A stretch of DNA of 64,000 bases from Mycobacterium sp. (GTDB lineage: Bacteria; Actinomycetota; Actinomycetes; Mycobacteriales; Mycobacteriaceae), in the NCBI GenBank assembly GCA_051006775.1, contig JBPCSX010000148.1. The stretch is one strand, 5' to 3'. Positions 12,949 to 23,068 of the stretch are shown here, piece by piece. The stretch's first letter is position 1. Each line of letters starts with the position of its first letter. Both the position numbers and the translations under genes were made by a program. Under the pieces are notes generated by a model. It was given only the letters and a program-made list of their open reading frames with translations. It ran no database searches and was not told where the DNA came from.

Positions 12949-13470
12949 CTAGCCGGTCATCTCCGGCGCCGAGATCGGCACGGACACGGTCGTCGAACCG
13001 GCCTTCTCGAAATTGAACGTGAACTTGTAACCCAAGCCGTTGGTGATCGGCTGGGTGAGGGTCACAGTTGCCGACGGCGGAACAGCCGCGTCGGCCAGCG
13101 CCTCGGTCTGAGCGCCGGCCGGGCCGACGATCAATGCGCCGTTGGCCGGGATCGTGCCGTCACCGGTCAGCGCCACCGTGCCGACGTCGGAGGTGATGCT
13201 GACCAACGTGTCGCCGATGTCGGGGGAGTCGTTGGCCGCCACGAACAGCAGCGGCACGATGCGCCCCGGCTGCAGGAAATCACCGGACTGGGCGGCCTGC
13301 AGATGCACGTTGCGCAGTGCGATGTTCTTGACGTTGACGGAGTTACCGTTGACCGCCGCCTGCTGGTCGGCGGACTGGGAGATCTGGCCCGCACTACAAC
13401 CGGTGAGGATCACGCCACAGGCGGCCAACCCGGCCGTCGCGGCGAAGACGCGGTTCTTGAAGCGGGTCAC
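12949..13470 (-). CDS. lpqE: Lipoprotein LpqE
   Basis: Lipobox LTGC, GQISQ, LRNVHL. Syntenic with Rv3584. Confidence 0.9.
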   Translation of the reverse strand: MTRFKNRVFAATAGLAACGVILTGCSAGQISQSADQQAAVNGNSVNVKNIALRNVHLQAAQSGDFLQPGRIVPLLFVAANDSPDIGDTLVSITSDVGTVALTGDGTIPANGALIVGPAGAQTEALADAAVPPSATVTLTQPITNGLGYKFTFNFEKAGSTTVSVPISAPEMTG

Positions 13471-13561
13471 GGCAGCCTCCTGCTGGGCCTTGCGGTCGGC
13501 ATGCTGACGGCCGCCACGGTTTCAACTATGCAGAGTAGTAGGTTGCGGGGTCCTGCGGTAG

Positions 13562-14227
<666 letters not shown>

Positions 14228-14253
14228 CTGCCCTCCCACTGACGGGGCATTAA

Positions 14254-14910
14254 ATGGCGCACACGGTCGCGATAGTTACGGCGGCCGGCTCTGGTGAACG
14301 GCTGGGCGCCGGTGTACCGAAGGCATTCGTGGATCTCGACGGAAGCACCATGCTTGAGCATGCCGTTGGTGGCCTGCTGGCCTCTGGTGTCATCGATACC
14401 GTGGTAGTCGCCGTTCCGGAGAGCCTCGTCGCGGAAACCACCGCGCTGCTCGCCGGGCGCGCGACTGTGGTCGCCGGTGGTGCGGAGCGGCCGGACAGCG
14501 TCCGGTTGGCGCTGCAGGCCGTCGATGAGGCGGATTTCGTCCTCGTCCACGACGCCGCACGCCCGCTGACACCGTGCGATCAGATACAACGCGTGGTCAC
14601 CGCCCTCATCGAGGGGGTGCGCGCGGTAATCCCGGTGTTGCCCGTCGCCGACACCATCAAGGCTGTCGACGCCAACGGCGCGGTACTCGGCACACCCGAG
14701 CGGGCCGGTCTGCGGGCGGTGCAGACTCCGCAGGGATTCGAGACCGCACTGCTGCGCCGCGCCTACCAGCAGTCCGCATCGGTCACCGACGACGCCTCGC
14801 TGGTGGAGAACCTCGGCGTGCCGGTGCACACCGTCGCCGGTGACCCGCTGGCGTTCAAGGTCACCACCCCCCTGGATCTGCGCCTGGCCAGGGCGGTGCT
14901 CAGCTCATGA
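14254..14910 (+). CDS. ispD: MEP cytidylyltransferase
   Basis: [21 protein letters not shown]. Confidence 0.97.
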   Translation: MAHTVAIVTAAGSGERLGAGVPKAFVDLDGSTMLEHAVGGLLASGVIDTVVVAVPESLVAETTALLAGRATVVAGGAERPDSVRLALQAVDEADFVLVHDAARPLTPCDQIQRVVTALIEGVRAVIPVLPVADTIKAVDANGAVLGTPERAGLRAVQTPQGFETALLRRAYQQSASVTDDASLVENLGVPVHTVAGDPLAFKVTTPLDLRLARAVLSS

Positions 14911-15386
14911 CGGTGCCCCGGGTCGGTGTCGGCACCGACGTACACCCGATCGAAGGCGGCCGGCCGTGCTGGCTGCTGGGTCTGCTCTTCGAGGGGGCTG
15001 ACGGCTGCTCCGGCCATTCCGATGGTGATGTTGCGGTACACGCGCTGTGCGATGCGCTGCTCTCTGCCGCCGGCCTCGGTGATATCGGATCGGTGTTCGG
15101 TGTCGACCAACCGCAGTGGCGCGGTGTGACCGGCGCCGCGATGCTCACCCACGTCCGGGATCTCCTGACGCAGGCCGGCTTCACGATCGGGAACGCCGCG
15201 GTTCAGGTGATCGCCAACCGCCCCAAGGTCGGCCCGCGACGCGACGAAGCCCAGCGGGTGCTCGCCGATCTGCTCGGCGCCCCGGTATCGGTATCGGCCA
15301 CCACCACCGACGGGCTGGGATTGACCGGTCGCGGCGAGGGGGTGGCCGCCGTCGCCACCGCCTTGATCGTCCCGAATTCCCGGTAA
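14907..15386 (+). CDS. ispF: MEcPP synthase
   Basis: [28 protein letters not shown]. Confidence 0.97.
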   Translation: MTVPRVGVGTDVHPIEGGRPCWLLGLLFEGADGCSGHSDGDVAVHALCDALLSAAGLGDIGSVFGVDQPQWRGVTGAAMLTHVRDLLTQAGFTIGNAAVQVIANRPKVGPRRDEAQRVLADLLGAPVSVSATTTDGLGLTGRGEGVAAVATALIVPNSR

Positions 15387-15397
15387 GCTGCCACGTC

Positions 15398-16822
15398 GTG
15401 ACCACCGGAGCCACCGGCCTTCGTTTGCACGACACCTACACCGGTGCCGTGCGCGAGCTGGTGCCGCTGCGCGCCGGGCAGGTGTCGATCTATCTGTGCG
15501 GCGCCACGGTGCAGAGCCAGCCCCATATCGGGCACGTTCGCAGCGGCGTCGCCTTCGATGTCCTGCGCCGCTGGCTGATGGCTAAGGGATACGACGTGGC
15601 GTTCATCCGCAACGTCACCGATATCGATGACAAGATCCTGACCAAGGCCGCTGAAGCCGGCCGACCGTGGTGGGAGTGGGCCGCCACACACGAACGGGCC
15701 TTCTCGGCCGCCTATGACGCCCTCGGCGTACTGCCGCCGTCGGCCGAGCCCCGCGCGACCGGACACATCACCCAGATCGTCGAACTCATCGAGCGGCTGA
15801 TCGACAGCGGCCATGCCTACCCCTCGGTTCGGGACGGCGACGGCGACGTCTACTTCAACGTGCTGAGTTTTCCCGACTACGGGAAACTCTCCGGGCACCG
15901 GATCGACGATGTCCACCAGGGCGAGGGAGCGGGCACCGGAAAGCGCGACCCACGTGATTTCACCCTGTGGAAGGGCGCCAAACCCGGGGAGCCGTCGTGG
16001 CCGACTCCGTGGGGCCGCGGCCGGCCCGGCTGGCATTCGGAATGCGTGGCCATGGCTCACGAGTACCTCGGCCCGGCTTTCGACATCCATTGCGGCGGAA
16101 TGGATCTGGTCTTCCCCCACCACGAGAACGAGATCGCCCAGGCGCAAGCCGCCGGCGATGGCTTCGCCCAGTTCTGGCTGCACAACGGCTGGGTCACCAT
16201 GGGCGGGGAGAAGATGAGTAAGTCGCTGGGCAACGTGCTGTCGATTCCGGCCGTACTGCAACGGGTCCGGCCCGCTGAACTTCGCTACTACCTGGGCAGC
16301 GCCCACTACCGGTCGATGCTCGAGTTCACCGAGACCGCACTGCAGGACGCCGCCAAGGCATACACCGGCATCGAGGAGTTCCTACACCGGGTCCGGACCC
16401 GGGTTGGCGCAGTGACACCTACGACATGGACCGCGAAGTTCGCCGCCGCCCTCGATGACGACCTCGCAGTTCCCGCCGCACTGGCGGAGGTGCATGCCGC
16501 CCGGGCCGACGGCAACCGGGCGCTGGAAGCCGGTGACCACGAGACTGCGCTGGCAAAAGCCGGCGAAATCCGCTCCATGATGGGCATTCTCGGATGCGAC
16601 CCGCTCGATGAACGCTGGGAGACCCGCGATGAGACGGCGGCCGCCCTGGCCGCCGTCGACGTGCTGGTCCGTGCCGAACTTCACCGCCGCGACGATGCCC
16701 GTCGCGATCGCGATTGGTCGCAGGCCGACGAGATCCGCGATCGACTCAAAAACGCCGGTATCGATGTGACCGATACCTCCGACGGACCGCAATGGGCACT
16801 ACTTGGACAGGACGTGACCTAG
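15398..16822 (+). CDS. cysS: Cysteinyl-tRNA synthetase
   Basis: HIGH and KMSKS motifs, PGWHSEC, FPHHENE. Confidence 0.98.
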   Translation: MTTGATGLRLHDTYTGAVRELVPLRAGQVSIYLCGATVQSQPHIGHVRSGVAFDVLRRWLMAKGYDVAFIRNVTDIDDKILTKAAEAGRPWWEWAATHERAFSAAYDALGVLPPSAEPRATGHITQIVELIERLIDSGHAYPSVRDGDGDVYFNVLSFPDYGKLSGHRIDDVHQGEGAGTGKRDPRDFTLWKGAKPGEPSWPTPWGRGRPGWHSECVAMAHEYLGPAFDIHCGGMDLVFPHHENEIAQAQAAGDGFAQFWLHNGWVTMGGEKMSKSLGNVLSIPAVLQRVRPAELRYYLGSAHYRSMLEFTETALQDAAKAYTGIEEFLHRVRTRVGAVTPTTWTAKFAAALDDDLAVPAALAEVHAARADGNRALEAGDHETALAKAGEIRSMMGILGCDPLDERWETRDETAAALAAVDVLVRAELHRRDDARRDRDWSQADEIRDRLKNAGIDVTDTSDGPQWALLGQDVT

Positions 16823-17758
16823 ATGGCCGGAAACTCGAAGCGCCGCGGGGCGATCCGCAAGGAAGGCACCAAAAAGGGTCCGACCATCGGCTCCGGTGGT
16901 GTGCGCCGGCGCGGGCTCGAGGGCCGGGGCGCGACCCCGCCCGCACATAAACGCACCGGACATCCCGCGGCCCGGCGGGCTGCCATGCAGGCCCGCAGGG
17001 CATCGTCGAAACCGGTCGACGAGACCGAGACGGTGCTCGGCCGCAACCCGGTACTGGAGTGCCTGCGGGCCGATGCTCCCGCCACCGCGCTGTACGTGGT
17101 GCTGGGCACCGAGGCCGACGAGCGGCTGACCGAGTCGGTCACCCTTGCCGCCGATCGGGGTATCCCGATCCTCGAGGTACCGCGCACCGACCTTGACCGG
17201 ATGAGCTCTAACGGCCTGCACCAGGGGATCGCCCTTCAGGTGCCGCCGTACGCCTATGCGCATCCCGACGATCTGCTGGCATCGGCGACAACCGATGTGC
17301 AACCCCCGCTGCTGGTGGCCCTGGACAACATCACCGATCCGCGCAACCTGGGCGCGATCATCCGGTCGGTCGCGGCCTTCGCCGGCCACGGCGTTCTCAT
17401 CCCGCAGCGCCGGTCGGCATCGGTGACCGCGGTCGCATGGCGCACCAGTGCCGGCGCGGCCGCACGGGTTCCGGTCGCCCGGGCCACAAATCTCAACCGG
17501 ACGCTGAAGGAGTGGTCCGACGCCGGCGTGCTGATCGTCGGTCTGGACGCCGGGGGAGACACCGCAATCGACGAGTTCGACGGGTCCGGGCCGGTATGCG
17601 TTGTGGTCGGCTCAGAGGGTAAGGGCCTGTCCCGGCTGGTGCGGGAGAACTGCGATCAGGTGGTCTCGATACCGATGGCCGGGCCGACGGAGTCACTCAA
17701 TGCATCCGTCGCTGCCGGAGTGCTGCTCGCCGAAATCGCCCGCCAGCGTAGGCACTAG
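16823..17758 (+). CDS. rlmB: 23S rRNA Gm2251 2'-O-methyltransferase (TrmH/SpoU family)
   Basis: [26 protein letters not shown]. Confidence 0.93.
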   Translation: MAGNSKRRGAIRKEGTKKGPTIGSGGVRRRGLEGRGATPPAHKRTGHPAARRAAMQARRASSKPVDETETVLGRNPVLECLRADAPATALYVVLGTEADERLTESVTLAADRGIPILEVPRTDLDRMSSNGLHQGIALQVPPYAYAHPDDLLASATTDVQPPLLVALDNITDPRNLGAIIRSVAAFAGHGVLIPQRRSASVTAVAWRTSAGAAARVPVARATNLNRTLKEWSDAGVLIVGLDAGGDTAIDEFDGSGPVCVVVGSEGKGLSRLVRENCDQVVSIPMAGPTESLNASVAAGVLLAEIARQRRH

Positions 17759-17796
17759 GACCGGATGCTCCGGTTGGGTCGAGCCCGGGTATCACC

Positions 17797-18717
17797 TCAC
17801 GCCCAGGGGTCGGCCCGGTGCCAGAGCTGCGGCAAATGCAACGCCACACCGTCGCGCTCTGCGCATGCTCCCAACACCCGCATGGTGACGTCGAGATCGT
17901 CTCCGGCATACGGTAACGCGCGCAGCGGCTCGGTCAGTGGACGGAAGAAGTCGTCCCAGTGGATCAGCACCACCGTTCGGGCTCCGAGTGTTCGGACGGT
18001 CTCGTCCCAGTACCGCTGGATGTAGCTCACCGGCTGTACCCCGAGCTGTCCGACTCCGAGGTAGGCGACCTCGGACCGCCGGCCCTCCAAGGCGCCGCGG
18101 CGGAACCCGGCGCTACCCTGGATCAGCAGCCGCCGCCCGGTCGGCCGGTGATGGATCAGGGTGGACCAGGCTTCACCGCATCGATAGGCGGCAGTCTTGA
18201 CCGGCGGCACCACCGGCTCGGTGATCGAGCCGGGAAAACGATCCGGGGGGCAGTGCTCCGATTCGATCAGGGTGACACCGAAGTCGCCGAAATCCATCCG
18301 GTCGCCGGGCTCGGCCACCATGATCCTGCTGTCCGGAAGCCCCTGTCCCCGAGCGACATTGGCCGCCGACTCACCACCAACGACGACCGCGCCGGTTCGT
18401 TCGGCCACCACCGCGCTGTCCATCACATGGTCGAAGTGGGTGTGCACCGGTAGCACGGCAACCACCCGGTCGATCCCGGCCCGGCGCAATGCGTCGTCGA
18501 TTCGCGGCAGCGAGGGCCTGATCCTGCCGAGCCCGACCTCTAGCAGTCCGGGCCGGGAGAAGAAGCCGTCGGTGAGCAGTGCGGTGGTGCCGTCCCGCAC
18601 CAGCACAGTGGAAACTCCGAGCCACATCACCGTCAGGGCGGAATCGGGGGAGGCCGACGGCACATCGAACCGCTCTCGGTACCCGCCGATATCAGGCCGG
18701 CCGAGCTTGAGGCGCAT
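17797..18717 (-). CDS. Metallo-beta-lactamase-fold hydrolase (Rv3577-like)
   Basis: HTHFDH motif, LTDGFFSRP, IHWDDF. Confidence 0.88.
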   Translation of the reverse strand: MRLKLGRPDIGGYRERFDVPSASPDSALTVMWLGVSTVLVRDGTTALLTDGFFSRPGLLEVGLGRIRPSLPRIDDALRRAGIDRVVAVLPVHTHFDHVMDSAVVAERTGAVVVGGESAANVARGQGLPDSRIMVAEPGDRMDFGDFGVTLIESEHCPPDRFPGSITEPVVPPVKTAAYRCGEAWSTLIHHRPTGRRLLIQGSAGFRRGALEGRRSEVAYLGVGQLGVQPVSYIQRYWDETVRTLGARTVVLIHWDDFFRPLTEPLRALPYAGDDLDVTMRVLGACAERDGVALHLPQLWHRADPWA

Positions 18718-19475
18718 CAGGCGAACGCTGCCAGACTGATCCCGCCGGCGCGCAGCCGGTCGGCCACGGTTGTTGCGATCTGCACCGCACCCGGTGAATC
18801 CCCATGAACACAAACCGATTCCGCCTGAATGCCGATTACCGACCCGTCCACGGCGGTGACCTGTCCGGCGGTCACCATCGTGAACACCCGCTCGGCGATC
18901 TCATCCGGGTCGTGCAGCACCGCTCCTTCTTCCCGGCGTGACAGCAGTTGGCCGTCGGGGCGGTAGGCACGATCGGCGAACGCCTCGGCAACCGTGCGCA
19001 ACCCCAACCTTCCCGCCTCCTCGAAGAACGCCGAACCGGCAAGTCCGAGCACCGGCAGTCCGGGGTCGACGGAATGCACGGCATGTGCGACGGCCGACGC
19101 CTGATCGCGGTCTTTCGCAATCGTGTTGTACAGCGCGCCATGTGGTTTGACATAGCCGAGCATGGAGCCTGCGGCACGGGCCAGCGCCTGCAACGCGCCG
19201 ATCTGATAGATCACGTCGGCGGCGAGCTCATCGGGATCGACGTCAATCCGACGACGACCGAATCCGGCCAGGTCGAAGTATCCCACCTGTGCACCGATCC
19301 GCACTCCACGCTCCGCAGCGGCCCGGCAGGTGCGGACAAGTCCTACCGGATTTCCGGCGTGGAAGCCGCAGGCCAGGTTCGCGCTCGTGACGATATCGAG
19401 CATGGCGGCGTCATCACCGAGTTCCCACACCCCGTACCCCTCGGCGAGATCGGCATTGAGGTCGACGGACGGCAT
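18717..19475 (-). CDS. pxpA: 5-oxoprolinase subunit A (LamB/YcsF family)
   Basis: DLNADLAEG, ACGFHAG, VKPHGALYN, CVHGD. Leaderless -10 TAGGCT at 19483-19488. Confidence 0.93.
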   Translation of the reverse strand: MPSVDLNADLAEGYGVWELGDDAAMLDIVTSANLACGFHAGNPVGLVRTCRAAAERGVRIGAQVGYFDLAGFGRRRIDVDPDELAADVIYQIGALQALARAAGSMLGYVKPHGALYNTIAKDRDQASAVAHAVHSVDPGLPVLGLAGSAFFEEAGRLGLRTVAEAFADRAYRPDGQLLSRREEGAVLHDPDEIAERVFTMVTAGQVTAVDGSVIGIQAESVCVHGDSPGAVQIATTVADRLRAGGISLAAFA

Positions 19476-19493
19476 GGGGGTAAGCCTAGGCCG

Positions 19494-20360
19494 CTACGCC
19501 GCCGCGGGGTCATGGTGACGACGGCCCACCGCCCAGCACACCAGGTAGATCACGAACGAGATGGTGGTGACGAACACCGACACCGGCACCCCGGGTGCCA
19601 GCGAGAGCACCAGGCCACCAACCGCCGCGATTTCGGCGAACACGACCGACGCGGCGATGGCCGCGCCCGGCGAGGTGAAGATCCGTGCTGCGGCAGCAGC
19701 CGGGGTGATGAGCAGCGACATGACGAGCAGGGCGCCGACGATCTGCACACCCTGGGCGGCGACTACCCCGACCAGTGCGGCGAACACGATGCCCAGTGCT
19801 CGGACCGGCACCCCGCGGGCCGCGGCGACTTCGGGATCGGCGGTGGCGAACAGCAACGGCCGGAAGCTGATCACCAGCACCACCACCACCAGGACCGTGA
19901 CCGCGCTGAGTAATGCCAAGCCGCTGTAGCCGACCCCGACGATCTGTCCGGTCAGCAAGGCGAAGCTGGTCCCCGCGCGGCCGGGATAGAGGTGGATGAA
20001 CAGCACCGCAAGTCCGAGCCCGAACGCCATCACCACCCCGATGGCTGAGTCGCGTTCGCGTGCCCGCTGGCCGAGGAAGCCGAAAAGTATTGCCGCCAAG
20101 GCACTCCCGACGAGAGCGCCGAGGCCCACGTTGAGGCCCACCAGCAGTGCGAACGCCGCACCGGTCAGGGACAGTTCGCTGGAACCGTGGACCGCGAAGG
20201 ACATCTGCCGCATGACGATGAAGGGTCCGATCAAACCTGCCACCAGCGCCAGCAGTGCCGCGGCGATCAGTGCCTGCTGAACGAAGTCGCGGCTGAGCAG
20301 ATCGGCCGTGACGTCAAATGCGAGCAGGTTGTCCAACAGATGACCCAGCTTGTCACTCAT
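19494..20360 (-). CDS. znuB: Zn/Mn ABC transporter permease (ZnuB-like)
   Basis: Multi-TM ABC-3 permease, FAVHGSSEL, GALLVMSLLITPAAAA. Confidence 0.88.
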   Translation of the reverse strand: MSDKLGHLLDNLLAFDVTADLLSRDFVQQALIAAALLALVAGLIGPFIVMRQMSFAVHGSSELSLTGAAFALLVGLNVGLGALVGSALAAILFGFLGQRARERDSAIGVVMAFGLGLAVLFIHLYPGRAGTSFALLTGQIVGVGYSGLALLSAVTVLVVVVLVISFRPLLFATADPEVAAARGVPVRALGIVFAALVGVVAAQGVQIVGALLVMSLLITPAAAAARIFTSPGAAIAASVVFAEIAAVGGLVLSLAPGVPVSVFVTTISFVIYLVCWAVGRRHHDPAAA

Positions 20361-21165
20361 GGGTGTGCCCATGGGTATGGCCGGAGTGGTCGAGGTGCTC
20401 GCCGACGACGACGTAGCGGTCACCAACCTGTACGACTTGAATGTCGGCCTGATAGAGCTCTGAGAGGGTCTGCGAGGTCATCACCTCTGCGACGGTTCCG
20501 ATGCGAAAGCGGCCACCCACCAGGTAGAGCACCCGATCGACATAGGGCAGCACCGGGTTGACTTCGTGGGTCACGAACATCACCGCGGTGCCGGCGCGGC
20601 GGCGGCGGTCGATCAGCTCGGCGACCAGTCGTGCGTTGGCGGGGTCCAGGTTCAGCAGAGGCTCGTCGCACAGCAGCAGGACGGGATCGCTGGCGAGTGC
20701 CTGGGCGATCCGCACCCGCTGCAGCTCTCCGCCGGACATCACTCCGACCGGAACCGGCCCGAGTGCGAGGGCGTGCACCTGGGCCAGGGCCCGGTCGACT
20801 GACTCGCGGCGGGCCTTTCGGTCAGCTGAGCGCAGCGAGGCCACACCCCAGCGGTGGCCGTCGACGCCGAGCCGGACCAGATCGCGGCCCCGCAGGGTCA
20901 GGCCGCGATCGACGGACCGATGCTGGGGCACGTAGCCGATCAGATCGCTGCCCTGCTGTACCGGACGACCGTCGATCAATGCGGTACCGGCGCTCAGTGG
21001 TAGCTGTCCGAGGAGCACCTTGAACAACGAGGTCTTGCCCGTCCCGTTCGGGCCGAGGATGGCGATGAACTCGCCGGCCGACACGGCCAGGTCCAGGTGA
21101 TCCCAGAGCACCCGGTCGCCGAATGCAAGCCTTGCACCGGACAGTGCGACAACCTCAGCGGACAC
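20353..21165 (-). CDS. znuC: Zn/Mn ABC transporter ATPase (ZnuC-like) with His-rich tail
   Basis: GPNGTGKT, MSGGE, LLCDEP, tail HLDHSGHTHGHTHE. Confidence 0.88.
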   Translation of the reverse strand: MSAEVVALSGARLAFGDRVLWDHLDLAVSAGEFIAILGPNGTGKTSLFKVLLGQLPLSAGTALIDGRPVQQGSDLIGYVPQHRSVDRGLTLRGRDLVRLGVDGHRWGVASLRSADRKARRESVDRALAQVHALALGPVPVGVMSGGELQRVRIAQALASDPVLLLCDEPLLNLDPANARLVAELIDRRRRAGTAVMFVTHEVNPVLPYVDRVLYLVGGRFRIGTVAEVMTSQTLSELYQADIQVVQVGDRYVVVGEHLDHSGHTHGHTHE

Positions 21166-21174
21166 GATTACCGA

Positions 21175-22110
21175 TTATGGATTCTGTCGCAGAGCTGCGG
21201 CCAGGCGGTCAACAGTGTCGGACTGCCAGGTCAGGTAGTCAACGCCGGCCGGCAACGTCTCGGTGACCTGAACCACCGGGATGCCTGCGCTGTCCGCGGC
21301 TGCGCGGATCTTCTTGGTGACCTCCGTCGCGGTCTGGTCGTTGTACAGCAGCACCGCGACTTGGCGCGTGGTGATCAGGTCCAGCATCGCCGCCACGTCG
21401 ACCGGAGCCGGATCCGTGTCCTGCTCGACGGAACCGATGAACCCGGCAGGGGTCATGTCCGTCAGGCCGGCAGCGCGCAGCAGGTAGTGCGCAACCGGCT
21501 CGGTGGCCACCACGGCGGTACCCGGGCGATCGGCGCCCACGGCGCGTTCCTTCTGCAGAATTGCGTCGGCAGTGCGTCCGAAATCCTCTGCGCGGGTGCG
21601 GTATTCGGATGATTTCGCGGGGTTGGCCTCGGCTAGGCGGTCGGCGACCTGATTGGCCACCGCCTTGGCGGTGTTGAGTTCGTAGAAGACATGCTCGTTT
21701 GCCGGAGCGGGTTCCCCGACGGCGGCCGCGTCAAGGAGCGTGTACGCGTCGACGGTGGAGATAGACGGGTGATTCTCCAACACCGTGTCGACCCAGGTGT
21801 CGTAGCCGCCACCGTTGTAGACCACCACTGATGCATCGGTGATTGCCGCAGCATCGGCGGGGCTGGCCTCGAAGGAATGGGGATCGGCTGAGCGGCTGGT
21901 GATGATGGCCGCGACATTGGCGTCGTTACCGGCGACCGATTCGGCGACACTGCCCCATACGTCGGTGGAGGCAACCACCGCCGGCATGTTCGTGGCGGCA
22001 TCTTTCGGCTCGGTCTGTCGACCTCCGCCGCACGCGGTCAGTCCGGCCACCGCGAGCACCGCCAACCCGGCTCGGATGACGCGCGGGACTGGCGAAGCTG
22101 ATCCGCCCAC
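21175..22110 (-). CDS. znuA: Zn/Mn ABC substrate-binding lipoprotein (ZnuA-like); minus strand, track label + is wrong
   Basis: GTG is the reverse complement of CAC 22108-22110 and TAA of TTA 21175-21177. Lipobox LTAC, DPHSFE, NEHVFY. Confidence 0.9.
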   Translation of the reverse strand: MGGSASPVPRVIRAGLAVLAVAGLTACGGGRQTEPKDAATNMPAVVASTDVWGSVAESVAGNDANVAAIITSRSADPHSFEASPADAAAITDASVVVYNGGGYDTWVDTVLENHPSISTVDAYTLLDAAAVGEPAPANEHVFYELNTAKAVANQVADRLAEANPAKSSEYRTRAEDFGRTADAILQKERAVGADRPGTAVVATEPVAHYLLRAAGLTDMTPAGFIGSVEQDTDPAPVDVAAMLDLITTRQVAVLLYNDQTATEVTKKIRAAADSAGIPVVQVTETLPAGVDYLTWQSDTVDRLAAALRQNP

Positions 22111-22123
22111 CGCAAACCTCCCA

Positions 22124-22147
22124 TGAAAACGACAATCGTTTTCAATA
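22124..22147. promoter_or_regulatory. Probable Zur operator upstream of the metal ABC operon
   Basis: Inverted repeat TGAAAACGA-caa-TCGTTTTCA. Minus strand reads TATTGAAAACGATTGTC, like mycobacterial Zur boxes. Confidence 0.75.
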
Positions 22148-22226
22148 AGGCTACAACAGGCCGGTCGCGAGGACGGCCCGGACCGCGGATCGCTCTCCGG
22201 TACCCGAGTACCCGGTACCGAAGTAC

Positions 22227-22862
22227 TTAAGCGCTCTCCTCGTCTCCGATCAGCAGCCGGACGGTCAGATCCAGGCGCTTGCTGACATCACTGGCCGAAG
22301 CCCGGCGGGTCAGCCAGGCCAACAGATTGGACAGCCACACATCGGAGATCACCCGGGCTATGTGGTACTGATCCTCGGTCGGCTCGTCGCTCATCGCGCG
22401 GGCGAACATGCTGTCGATGATCTTCTCGACGTGATCCACCTCGCCGGCCGCCGAAGCATCGGCGAAGACATAGGCCCGGGCCATCGCCTCGGTCAGCAGG
22501 GGGTTGCGCTGCATCGCCCGGTTGAGCTTGCCGACCATGAAATTGAGCCGCTGGTAGGGGCTGCCGGTGAGGACGGTTGAGCGGTCGGTTTTGGCGTCGA
22601 TCCGCTCGAACTCCCTGGCCAGCGCCGAGACGAGCAGGTGCACCTTGGACGGGAAGTAGCGATACAGGGTGCCGACGGCGACATCGGCCCGATCGGCCAC
22701 CGCCCGCATCTGGACCGCCTCATAGCCACCTTTGGACGCGATTGCCAGGGTGGCGTCGAGGATGCGCTTACGGCGCTCCCGCTGAGCCTCGGAGCCGAGT
22801 TCGGACTCCGGAAGCACCGATACCGGCAGCACATCGCGTGGCTGCGACCCAGGCGACGACAT
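22227..22862 (-). CDS. kstR: TetR-family cholesterol regulon repressor KstR
   Basis: SEAQRERRKRILDATLAIASKGGYEAVQMRAVA. Divergent from fadE34. Confidence 0.97.
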   Translation of the reverse strand: MSSPGSQPRDVLPVSVLPESELGSEAQRERRKRILDATLAIASKGGYEAVQMRAVADRADVAVGTLYRYFPSKVHLLVSALAREFERIDAKTDRSTVLTGSPYQRLNFMVGKLNRAMQRNPLLTEAMARAYVFADASAAGEVDHVEKIIDSMFARAMSDEPTEDQYHIARVISDVWLSNLLAWLTRRASASDVSKRLDLTVRLLIGDEESA

Positions 22863-23004
22863 TGCTGTCACGACTCCTTCTCGGCGTAGCGGCAGGGCAA
22901 AACGATACGCATCACGCTCGGTCGCGGCACCTCGTCCGGGCACCCGGTGCAGCCGCTGCGCTGCGGTGATGCCCGTCGACTTGACGCTTCCTCACTGGCA
23001 CTAT

Positions 23005-23018
23005 TAGAACACGTTCTA
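23005..23018. promoter_or_regulatory. KstR operator
   Basis: TAGAACACGTTCTA matches TnnAACnnGTTnnA exactly. Confidence 0.93.
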
Positions 23019-23068
23019 GTGATCCGTCGCTGTCAACGGGATCGCTTCACCGACCTGAGGAGCCGACG

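Noticed and set aside
18717-19475. pxpA without pxpB/pxpC next to the metal transporter as a possible new pathway
   Set aside because: It has its own leaderless-type -10, pxpA is often separated from pxpBC, and nothing supports a functional link.
21175-22110. ORF track lists this protein on the + strand
   Set aside because: The translation matches only the reverse complement, so it is annotated as minus-strand znuA. The same applies to 34814..35137.
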